DNA of 64,000 nucleotides from Toensbergia leucococca. Lineage: Eukaryota. The stretch is taken from positions 1 to 64,000 of the forward strand of contig JALDZS010000031.1 in NCBI GenBank assembly GCA_022813965.1, read 5' to 3'. The position numbers and the translations under genes were made by a program. Every line of letters starts with the position of its first letter. Positions within the stretch are counted from its first letter, which is position 1. The notes below the pieces were generated by a model. It was not told the DNA's origin. It searched no databases and worked only from the letters and a program-made list of their open reading frames with translations. Positions 51,105 through 62,332 of the stretch are shown piece after piece.

Positions 51105-52689
51105 TGTTTTGAATGGTGGAGTGGGAGGAGTGGGTTGGGGGGCAGCTAATTGTGGATTTTCTTGGTTTACGGAGTTTGGTTTTTTTCTTCTTTTTTTTTT
51201 CTTTTTTTTTTAAGATCTGAAGAAATTGCTTTACGGGGTGGGAGAGGTTTATAGGCAATTGAGTGAGGTTGAATGTACATGCACGTACTTTTCAGGATTT
51301 TTAGCAGTTGGAGCAAGAATGGAAAAGCTTGCCCGAATGAGTCGGACTAATCAAATCATATTAGGTTCGATGATGTTGGTACAATGTTGTAGAACTATCT
51401 TGTAGTTCTTGTGCCCTCGTGCTTCTCGCCCGTTTCTTGTACTATTTAGATCTTTACCTATCAAAGCAGGTTCTTAATTCCTATGCGGCAGTGCAGTCCT
51501 TTGGAATAGGGATCGGTTATGAGGAAGCGAGGTAGGGATGTGGTACGGATAGGATTTTGCTGCATATGCCGGCAAAACCCATTGGGCACGTGATAGACCC
51601 TGAAATTAGCTTGGTGGCAAGTGGGTTGTGGGGAAAAGTGAACAACGAAAATATCGAGGACAAGCTTAGCGATTGTGTACCAAGAGCGCCTTAGAAGAAT
51701 GCTCCTCTTGTGGCTGCTGGCTGCTGACTGCTCAAACATATGCAGCTTGAATCTTACAACGACGACACATACGAGTACTGAGCTTTCAGATCGTGGTGGG
51801 GTGCGTTGGACTTGTGGACCAAAGGCCATGTCACGCAACAAGAATCAAGGATCGAGAATAGTAGGAGTCGAGGTCACCCATAGTACCGCATGTTTCCACC
51901 AAAAAAGGATGTTTCCTTCAAACATTCGCTGGACAAAAGCCTCCCATACATGGCTCGGTGGGGGTTTTTTGTTTTTTGTCTGGGGCGATGATCGGGATCA
52001 TATTGGCTCATCGAATCGGCTGATCAGGAGGCGGAATATGAAGCATCGATTTTGCAGTGACATCGAGATCTGAGGATTCTGATCACGGCCCTGTCACGGA
52101 TGAAAATGATCTAGATTAGTGGGCTGCACCCGTCGATCGTGATTTCGCGATAATGATGATATTGTTCGTGGCAGAGCAGTTCCTGCATTTTTCCTTTGGA
52201 AACGGAGGCAATACCGAGGTCCTGCAGAGCCTGTTTTGCAAATATCCATGCTGAGACAGTCAGAGGGAAGATGGATGACCTGAGAAGGTGATGATAAAAT
52301 GTTGTCCCCTTGGTCTCCGTAGGATGTTCTGGAATAGTGCCCGGCTATCCGTGCAGGGCATTTGGGTCGAGGGGCCCATGTCTCTCTCTTCTTCGTAAAT
52401 GCTACTCTTACCAAAGCACTGTCCGATGGCCTGTAGGGCCGAACTCTAACGTTTTATTGGATTCATATCGTCTCTTAGCTAAGAAGCATCCTTCAACTTT
52501 CGTACCTAATGAGGGGCCGATCATGATGCGACCATGCATGAGGCGAGCCCTGCTTCAGTCCCGGGCAACAGACACATAGGCTTCATTTCTCCGATCTCTC
52601 GGCCTGCCACGCCACCCAGCTTGCCTCCTTCCCTCATACCAGACCTGCCACTGATGGGCGTGTCATGGTAGTCTTGGCTCATCACACAA

Positions 52690-54986
52690 ATGGCGGGACT
52701 TCCAAGCATTGCGCCCTTCACCCAGCTCGATCAGTCATCCAGCTCGTCCCCAGCCGCACACGGCGGGGTCGGCGAGGGGTCCAGTGGGGGCGGCAGCTAT
52801 AGCAGTGGCCAGCGTCGGCGCCGGACTCCCAGCCATGTCTCTCTTATGGCATGTAGTGAGTGTAGGCACGCCCGCGTAAAGGTACGAGCCGTCACCCTCT
52901 CGCCAGCTAACAATGAACTTGTTCATTTTCTTTTCTTCACCCATCATTGGACATACGCGGATTCTGACTACCTCCTCGCTTTTCTCTTCAGTGCGATGGA
53001 GCTCGACCAGGGCCATGTCGCAGGTGTCGTTCACGTAACGTCAACTGCGTCTATGAGCCTCATATCAAGATGCACAAGGATGACCTCGTCCGGGAAATTG
53101 AGGATCTCCGTGGAGCCAACGCCGGCCTCCAAGACCAGAACGAAGACCTGCTCGAAGCGGCCACGAGTCTCACTCATGAGAACGAAGGCCTTCAAGAGAC
53201 AAGTGATTGGCAAAAAGTCATCTTGGACACCATTGGTAGCAACGGGCAAGATCGTGACATAATCAACAAGCTTCGCTCCGGAGAGTCGTATCAGTCTATC
53301 GCCGACTGGCTCCGCCAAACACATCCGATCTCCCGTAATCTAAGCATCGTCCCGGCCTCGGAGCAGAGTCTTGTGGATGTTGTCAAACGGGTCGAGAAAC
53401 ACTACCATGCAGACGAGCCCCGCCGTACATCCAGCCCGATTGTCTCGAAAACACGTTGGACCAATGTCAGCGCCAGCCCGAACCTTATTGAGCATCTCTT
53501 TGATCTTTACTTTACCTGGGTTCATCCAGTCCACCTCCTATTCAATGAAATCGATTTCAAGACCAGTTTTCAGTCCAATGACGCGAGTTGTTGTTCGTCG
53601 CCGTTGGTGAATGCAGTTTGTGCCATGGCATGTCATCTACTCGATAACGAGGGGGTAGATGTCTCGAGAAGGAACGTGGATGCAATGGCGTTACGAGAAG
53701 CATTCATGGTTGAAGCTCGATCAGGCCTATCACCACAATCCTACACACTCTTGACATCAATTCAAACCTTTGCAATCATGTATCTGGTCGACTTGAGCAG
53801 CGGCAAAGCGAGGAGGGCTGCTGGATATCTTAGATCCGCAGTGGAATACATGAGAGCAGTTGATGGTGATCGCAAACATGCAGAAGCAATAGAAGTCTCA
53901 ATGTGGGGAGTTGAATCAATTAACACGTATCGTGTCGCCCCCCTGAACATTGCAATCCACGTCATCTGACAACTCGCAGGTTTTGGGCCGGAGTCACATA
54001 CCAGAAACCATTTGCTTTGGAACTGCCACACACTGGAGTCTTTGAATTTGTCCGAAAGGACCCAGACGAAGAAGTCTGGCGGTTCTACCGCCGAATAGGG
54101 GACGACCACGATCTTCCAGACCGTCAGAGCTTTGCTATGCTAACAGCGTGTAACCAAGCCAAATTATTCCGCATTGTCCACGAAAGTATTAGTCTTTTCT
54201 GTGGTGCCCGCGGCCTCATTAACGCTCAGATCTTTCTTGAGTGCTACAAGAGATATGTCGATTGGAAAGACAACCTACCGCCGGATATAAAAAACGTGGA
54301 TGTGTCTGCTCAACCTCTGCCGCACATTCTTTTCCTTCAGTAGGCTGACTCTTTTAACCAAAATTGTTCTGCACATATTGACGTCTCTTAGCATTCAGTA
54401 TCATACGGCACTGATTCATTACCTAAATCCTCTAGCACACTGTGGCTATTTTTCCGAATCTAGCCAGGATGAGTTGCGTCGAATGATTGTTTTCCATGCC
54501 CGGAGTGGTATTGAACTTGTGGAACATTCCAGGCGGCTTTATTCGGCTCGATTTGCAATGCCGCTCATGGCATTTTGCACAATTCATCTTTGTGATACCC
54601 TTTTACGATATTCAAAAGACGAACCACCTGCTTCCAAAGTTGCATACTTTTGCCTCAGTATCTTGCAGGAAGCTCGCGCAGGCTTCGCCATATGCGGACC
54701 ACTCCAGGAGCTCTTCTGTCGCACAGTCAAGGAATTCGGAGTGCCACTTCCAGACAACATTGATGAGCTTATGGGGGCCGGTGCTCGTTATGGCATGGAT
54801 GATATATTGGATGCGTATACGCGGTTATCCTATACTCCACCGTACAATCAGATTGTCCGCTATCTCCATCCGTCCATTGCAGATCAATGGCCGGATGAAT
54901 GGCGAAAGATGATTTCTGCCCGACCGTCTCGGACAGAATCCAGTAGCGGGAAATACCTTCAAATCAGCTCGTTGCTGAATAGTTGA
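52690..54986 (+). CDS. Zn2Cys6 transcription factor with fungal-specific TF domain (NirA-like architecture)
   Basis: ACSECRHARVK|CDGARPGPCRRCRSRNVNCVY, a coiled coil, then WTNVS...IEHLFDLYFTWVHP...CSSPLVNAVCAMAC. Three introns (first 52882-52991). Confidence 0.9.
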
Positions 54987-57900
54987 AAAGATGGCGAAAC
55001 TTGCATAAGCATTGAGATGAATTTTGATTGTTAAATTCCTGCTGGCATCCACGGCGCCCATAGTATGGCATATCACATTTCCAGGGGAACATTACGATAG
55101 ACGGCAGAAACGAGAAGATTCGGCACACGCAACCTAGGACCGAATCTTCTTATTAGGTATGGCGTATTGATGAGTAGGTGGTAATTGGGGAGCATTGATC
55201 TTTGCATGGCCAAAACCCTCTGCGAAGCAAGGGGTGGGAGTGTTGCTCGGCTTGCTAGGCAAAACAATTGCAAAACGGGAAGAAATACCCACGGACTCAC
55301 ATTGTTTGACTGTTTCTGATCATGGTGAAATATGATGCCCCTTACCATGTACAGGTTGTTATTTCGAGAATGGCCAAGAGCTTTGGTAATAAAGCTCCCG
55401 AGTGTCGAGGCTGGGAACTGCTTCAAATGTCCAGGTTGAAAGATTGGGACAAGACGGCGAAGGAGTCAGCCCCTGCATGCGAAGGGACTGGCACATGCGT
55501 GGATCTGGCCAATATCTTGAATCAGGGCTCCAAATTGGTCAGCGGTAGACATGTTTCGGGATAGGTTCAAGGTCAGCATCAATTGCGGAGTGAGCAGGTC
55601 ACGAAGAACAGCATGGAAAGAGTGTTTAGAGTTGAGATACGGGTGTCAATGACAGGTTTACTAGAAGGACGGTCACGAAGAAGACCTGCTCGGACGGCTT
55701 AGCTCGGGAAAAACTTGGTCCAGGGCTAACAGTGATGGCTGGACGGTAGACAAGATGGCGATGAGCTGCATGAACATGCCTGGTTGGTCCAGTCATCATT
55801 AACACCCCTAAACCTAATGACGCGAGGGCGAACCCTAGAAGCAAGCCTCCAAGCCTCGTTATGAGACGGAGCTGGCTCCGAGATCGATTGACCCACTAAT
55901 CAGATGGTGATACCCTTGAAATTTGCAAACTTGCAAACCCTAAACAAACAAGCCCCGAGTCACATGAGGATCCCTTTGCAAAATATGGAGTACGAGTACT
56001 CGTACTCCTACCCGGACGAGTATCGTAGTAATGGAAGTCAAAAATAATAATGCATCGACTTCAGACTTCCGAAACAAATGTTTTCCTGCTGTGCAACTAT
56101 CTGCTTCCCACCTGCGACTGCTTTCACCTTTCACCTCTTGGATTTGTACGTAGTAGCGATCGACTAACTATTCGTGAACACATATGAGTAAAGTATTTAC
56201 CTACCACCTACCAAGCTACCTCGCAACCTCCTGGTACGAGTATTATATCTGCCAATGTGACATCATAAATGGATTATCTCACGCCTGCAAGTTCCCTCAG
56301 TCTGCAACCGAATGTCAGTCCAATCTCTGGAGTGCTGCTTTGCATCATGTTGAGAGTATCAAGGAGAATCGACGTGTACTGGCCTGCATCGGGATAAATT
56401 GTAAATTGTGCGATTTGCGAAATTCTTGGCTTCAATGCCAAGACATGGCCTCGGCACCCAAGTCGTTGTTCAATCGAACTTTCAATCGGACTTTCGCCCT
56501 TTCATCTTCAATTATCTTCAATTCGCCATGGAGCCACTGCCTTGTCCGACATGAGTCATCTTGGAAACATGGCTACGGATACACGTGAAGGAATCCATGG
56601 ACGATAGGATTCGAAGCCGTCTCGTAGCTTGCAAATATTGGACCCCTTCCCATTTATCGGCCATCGACTGAGGAAGGTTAAGAGACGTTGCTTGTTACCA
56701 TGGTGAGATTAGGATTCGCAGTCCACTCGTAACCCATCCATGTCATTCCGCCAATCTCTGCTACGAGTACCAAGAAACTACTTGACTTGATCACGCTTTC
56801 GATTGCTTTTGCGCTTTTATCTGTGCCTTTGCATGTTGAATAGTCCTCTTTACATAGCCTTCTCATAAAAGTGTGGTGGTGAGCTTGTCTGCCTGATCTT
56901 GTGCTTTGGTACTCCGTATCTCTACCACAAGTTCATCTTCGCTCATCTTTCTTTGGACCTATCATTGAATTTTACTTTTACTTGCTGCTAAGATCGGTGA
57001 AATTGCTATCTTGGCTTTCAAGAGTCGTAGATAATATGTTGTTGATTGAATAGGTGAGAGAGTGAAAATACATCTACTGCCTTCTTTTTTGTCCTCGATT
57101 CGACTAGGCCTGGACACCTCCCCAAGAACCATTCGTTAGCTCTTTCAAACCAATGGTCCTTGTGAGTGCATCTTTATCCATGTGGAAGGTAAGCCTTGCT
57201 GCTACAAACATTCAAAAGGATCTCATTATGACGGAGGGATCCTCTTGGTACACGCGGCTAGTGTGCAATACAAGTCCTTGGAAACCGGTATATCTTTATC
57301 AGTAGCGGCGCATCGTACAAGACGCTTCAACTCTGTAGATGGGTTTCTCAAGGTCAGTACGTGGCCCACAAATCCTACAAAGCCTTCGTATTACCAGCGA
57401 CAGTACTCAAGCTAGGTATCTAACTATCAGATCCCGCAAGGGAGTCATTCGATAGGTAAGAGGCTTGGAGCTTTTCATTTAACAAACGCTCGTCAATAAC
57501 AAGCCTCTCCTAGAAAGCATTATGCCTCGAACTCGTGAAAACTTCGCGAGATTCGTATTCAAAGTTGTCAATCATTGTATGGGGGTTTGTTGAATAGATT
57601 ATGCTGATGCCTAGAGACACAGGAAAATGTGAGCAGACTCACCGAGGTCTTCAAAGCCTCATGACCTCAGCAGAGTCTGCCGTCTATCAAAGAACACCAG
57701 AAGCGTTGAAATACAAGGGCTACGATTATTTATCGGACATTCACAGCTTGATGAAATTCTACTTCCAAAGTTCGTTCAACCCTCGGACGCAGAATGGTGG
57801 CGGAAGCAGGTGTTGAAGAGATGAGCATATCTGGACGTACAACTTACATAGCAGGAATAAAATTAATTGATTAGGCGAAGCGTTAAAGGGATAGAGAAGA

Positions 57901-58950
57901 GAGGAAGCTGGGAAAAAACGTGAAACGAACTGAGTGCCTCCTTTTGAAATCACACGCTATTACGAGAGATTCGATATTCCGCACAGCAATTTTAGCACTC
58001 CTAGTCGCATTTTCCTTCTTCAGCCTTCTCAAAATACATGTGAAAGGCCAAGGATGAGCAGAGGAGGAATCAAGTGTATTGCATAAGTTGAGGGAAATGC
58101 AAGCAAGAGAGGCTTACCAGAAAGAACCCCAAACACCTTACAGCTAGCATTGCTCTCTCGCAACAGTAAGTTTAAGTCACTCGACAGCCTACGAGCGGGT
58201 CCGCATGCATCGACCTGCTCAGTTGTCATCACTCAAGTTAGGCCCATATCATTTTCAGGCAGGAGCCAGGAAGCAGCGTTGTTTAATTCTACACGATATG
58301 AAAGCTAACGTGGCTGAATACTATTCAAAAGAGCGATGAGTTTCACCGTTGGTTCATGTCATGGAAGCCTTGTGTCTTGAAGGTATGTAAGCATCATGAA
58401 TCTAGCTGCCCAGGAGACCACGGATGAAGGACTTGCAGGCAGATTTTCAAGAGTCTAAGAACAAGGATGATAGTATAATGATGAAAGCGATGCACGTTCG
58501 CTCCACCACCACTGATGCCAGGAGCTAAGATTATAGAGAGAGGTCCAGAAAATTGAAGTCTTTGCATTTAAAGCTCAACTTGTTCATTGCATGCAAGAGA
58601 GTTCATGTCACTCAAAAAAGATATATATACATTGACATCATTTCAGCGGACCGGACAGAGACTCAGTCAAATGACAGACCCTTAGATAAAGAATGGTGAA
58701 GCTAATCTGCATGTCTGCTCATGTCCTTGAATTTTAGCAGCAAAGAGTCAGTTCAGCTGTCACTGAGCTTATTTCAGCACAATTTGCACATTTATTACAG
58801 TGTTCACCTTTCTGACTTGCTTATCAGAATGTCAAAGTTTTCATCATCATCATCTTAAACAGTGATATTTAGTCATATAAGAGTTCATTGCATTATCTCT
58901 ATGCTATCTATATATCTGATTCTAAGAAATTGAGCATTAAATCAACTAAG

Positions 58951-59200
58951 TATGAGAGAATTGCATGTGAATTTGTCACATTCTTCTAAGCCTTCTAGCC
59001 ATCAACTTGAGGGTTCAAATCAGGTGATATGAAATCAGACATGAAATCAAGTAGATATGAGAGAATTGTAGATGATATTATATCTAAAATTATCACATTT
59101 CTCTAAGCCTTCTAGCCATCAACTTGAGTGTTCAAATCAGATAATATAAAATCAGACATAATATAAGAAAATCATATGTGCAATTGTCACATCTTCTTTA
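58951..59200. repeat. Degenerate AT-rich tandem duplication (~105-117 bp period)
   Basis: CTAAGCCTTCTAGCCATCAACTTGAG.GTTCAAATCAG at about 58986 and 59103; TATGAGAGAATTG at 58951 and 59056. Confidence 0.85.
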
Positions 59201-60016
59201 GGTAAGTAAGTAAATAGATAGATAGATGAAGATGATAAATAGATAAGTTTCACATGTGCACAAAGATAAAAATAATAAACAACAGTTGATAATGATGACA
59301 TTAGTCAATCAAGGCTGAGGGGAAAAAAAAATTGACTCCCTAATCATTTGATGAGAAATCACAAGATCATCAGCGGTCCAATTTTTTCCCCACGGCCTCA
59401 AATTCATCTTAAATCAGATGTTGCAGGAATCTTGAAATATAAAGCGCTGCCAAGTAGGATTAGCTGGCAGTTTGTCAGCTAAACGCCGCAGTTCTCGCTG
59501 ATATTTTGTTGGTTTGTCGCTAATATTCTAGCGGGTTGAGGATTTTGCCGATGATGTATGCTTAAACCATAGGTGGTGAACATAATTTACAATGAACCTC
59601 TTTGCAAAACAAACGAAAAAACCAACCTCCTATCCAAATAAAAACAAAGAATATCATTACCCTTGATTCAAAAAACACCTGTTCTATATTCAAAGAAAAA
59701 AACTAGGTAAAAGAGTAATACTATCAATATCCTAGAGAACGGGGGGGGATACGAGTTCCGCCAAACCCAGAAAAAAAACCGCGCTGTCCCCACACAAGTT
59801 TCCCTCACGATAAAAGCAAAGGGGCCCAAGTGGACGAAGAACAAAGTCTCCGTGGCTGAGAAAAGTGAAAACCCCACCTACCATAACCCTCCCCCCCCCA
59901 AAACCACACCATAGTGAAAGAACAAGGCTAGTCCTGTTGATCCAAATTCCTGGCCTGTCTCTGCTCCAATCCCCAAAAACGCCAAAGTTGAAATAGCAAA
60001 CTCCCGCCCCTTGATT

Positions 60017-62332
60017 TCATGAAGCCGTGTCTATCTCGTCATGTCTGTCGTCAGAATTGGGCCCAGCCTCAAGGCAAATCTCCTCTCCCACCTTTGGCGT
60101 GCCGTCCTCATCTTCCCCTACAAGCAACGCCTCATGCCCGCCCACGCCAGCTAGATCCATATCCGCAAGGCCAGAATCCACATGCTCGAACTCGCGTTTT
60201 AAACCGCCGTTTTTGCGATTGCTCAGTCGAGCGCGCAGGTCGTCAAAGTCGAGGGAGTCGCGCTGGATGAGGTAGGGGGTACCGTCCATTTCGACCTCCT
60301 CCCACTTGTGTTCGCCGGTTGGGGAGACGGGGACGATTTGGGGCTCGCCGTTTCCATGGTGGTTGGGAGACTCGATTCTGGACCTGTTGCGAGGAATGAG
60401 GTGGGAGATGTTGGCGGGGGGGTGTCTGCCACGACGGTTGATCATATACGATCCTGGGCCATCGAAAGGCAGTTCGATGGAGTCAGGACGATCAATGTAG
60501 GTATGACTAGTGGAAAAATCTCGATTCGAAAGATTGAGGTTACGGATGAATTGGAGATCTTCTCTTTCCACGGCCATATCAGGATCGATAGATTGCTGGT
60601 CCGACGTGACCGACACAGTTTCTAGCGCATCCAGAGACGGCCGTGAGTAATCTTCAAGTGAGTCGGGAAACAGGAAAAGAAGATCCTTGGCAGACAGTCT
60701 ATGCTTCGGGCTCGGGCTGAGACAAGTCTCCACCAAATTGCGGAAGTACTGCGGAATGTCGTTTCCCGCGGCTCGCAAGGAAAGTGGTCGTGGCTGTCTT
60801 TCCGGTTCGTCCTCCCCTTCGGCCAGAGCCCACAGCACCATACCCAGCTGGAAAAGATCAGACTTAACCCCAATGTACATAGAAATTCGCTGGCTACTTT
60901 CAATAAGACTCGATATCTCAGGCGGTTCCCACCCCATCGGACATCCTCGCCGATTGATATCGATAATCTTAGCATCATCAAGCTCATCTATTACGATGTT
61001 CGATAGAGTGAAATCTCCCTGCACGAAGCCAGCTTCGTGAATCTCGGAAAGTCCCTGCACGATTTGCTTTGCCCATCGTTCTCTCCTCGCCCACGGTAAA
61101 CGATCTCTCATATCATAAAGCAGATCAACAAGAGCACCTTGGTCGGCGAAACCTATCAGAAGACCTTTGATAACGGAATACCCCTCATCAACCACAAGAC
61201 CTTGAAAATTTATCACACTAGTTGAGCCGATCAGGGCATGTAATGCGTTTATCTCATATAGGAATTCATCCACACTATCAGGCCCTGGTATCTCTTTCTT
61301 GATGCAGATTTGACCGTTTACCTTGACTTTATAGACGAAACCTGACATGTGCGATATAAAGTTCAAGTCGCTTTCCGGATAAAACTCGCAGTCAAGATGC
61401 GATACCGCCCGCTTGACCGGGTAAGGGATGATCTCATTCGTGTCTTCCGTAACATGGACGTGTAATCGATCATCCTTGGTTTCCAGCTTCAGGTTCGTAA
61501 CCGTCTCGTAGAATTGGATCTCCGATAGTGACAGGCGTATGGACTCGTATATCCGGGCACTTTTATCCCGTTGATACTGTAAACCTTGTAGGTCACGCTC
61601 GAGGGAGTCTATTGGCGCGTCTCGATAATCACATGATACCGTCACTCGCCTCCACCGCCAGGGTGTCTCTGCGTACGTGACGAAGAACTTCTCCCGTGGG
61701 GACTGATCTCGAAAGTGCATGCTCAAGTTGAGTATCCATTTCTCTTCCAGCTCCACCTTGATCTGATCGTCCGCCTTCTCTTCAACTGATACTTCGGACA
61801 CAGCAGGTTCATCTGGGGCCACGTCAAGGTCTGGAGGCGGCGGTGGTGGGGGAGGAGGTAGAAATTCATTGTTGTCGGACGGATGAAAGACAAATTCAGG
61901 GTATGTGCTACACTTTGTGAGGCTCGAATTCCCGTCTTCTATGTTCCCGACTTCGGGTGCTGATAGAGTGGGTATAACGATGCTTCGTATTGATGTAGGG
62001 CGGGCGCTCAATGCTCTCCGACGATCGACGGATACAGTTCTACGTTCGACGACGGATGGCTCGACAGGCGTAAGCCTCTCTCGGCGCTCGGAATTCTGTC
62101 TCCTGAACGTCCCCGGACGCGGCAAACCAGGGACAACTCTTCGGGACAAGCGTCGACCAAGGCCAGGCTTTGGCTCTTGTGGCTCTAGTTTCTGGTCTAT
62201 AGATTGTGTTTGTCCATCGCGTCCTAGCCATTTGCTGAAACTAAACCTCTGCCACATGCGAAATCTTCTCTCATTCTTCTCGGCCTCGATGGATAAGTTG
62301 GGGGAAGTGATGGGGGGCGTTGCGGCGGCCAT
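60017..62332 (-). CDS. Fungal atypical protein kinase-domain protein (771 aa, intronless)
   Basis: SHMSGFVYKV, IKKEI, EFLYEINAL, LSEIHEAGFVQGDFTLSNIV, IIDINRRGCP.GWEPPE, KSDLFQLGMVLWAL, R.SAKDLL. Confidence 0.88.
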   Translation of the reverse strand: MAAATPPITSPNLSIEAEKNERRFRMWQRFSFSKWLGRDGQTQSIDQKLEPQEPKPGLGRRLSRRVVPGLPRPGTFRRQNSERRERLTPVEPSVVERRTVSVDRRRALSARPTSIRSIVIPTLSAPEVGNIEDGNSSLTKCSTYPEFVFHPSDNNEFLPPPPPPPPPDLDVAPDEPAVSEVSVEEKADDQIKVELEEKWILNLSMHFRDQSPREKFFVTYAETPWRWRRVTVSCDYRDAPIDSLERDLQGLQYQRDKSARIYESIRLSLSEIQFYETVTNLKLETKDDRLHVHVTEDTNEIIPYPVKRAVSHLDCEFYPESDLNFISHMSGFVYKVKVNGQICIKKEIPGPDSVDEFLYEINALHALIGSTSVINFQGLVVDEGYSVIKGLLIGFADQGALVDLLYDMRDRLPWARRERWAKQIVQGLSEIHEAGFVQGDFTLSNIVIDELDDAKIIDINRRGCPMGWEPPEISSLIESSQRISMYIGVKSDLFQLGMVLWALAEGEDEPERQPRPLSLRAAGNDIPQYFRNLVETCLSPSPKHRLSAKDLLFLFPDSLEDYSRPSLDALETVSVTSDQQSIDPDMAVEREDLQFIRNLNLSNRDFSTSHTYIDRPDSIELPFDGPGSYMINRRGRHPPANISHLIPRNRSRIESPNHHGNGEPQIVPVSPTGEHKWEEVEMDGTPYLIQRDSLDFDDLRARLSNRKNGGLKREFEHVDSGLADMDLAGVGGHEALLVGEDEDGTPKVGEEICLEAGPNSDDRHDEIDTAS

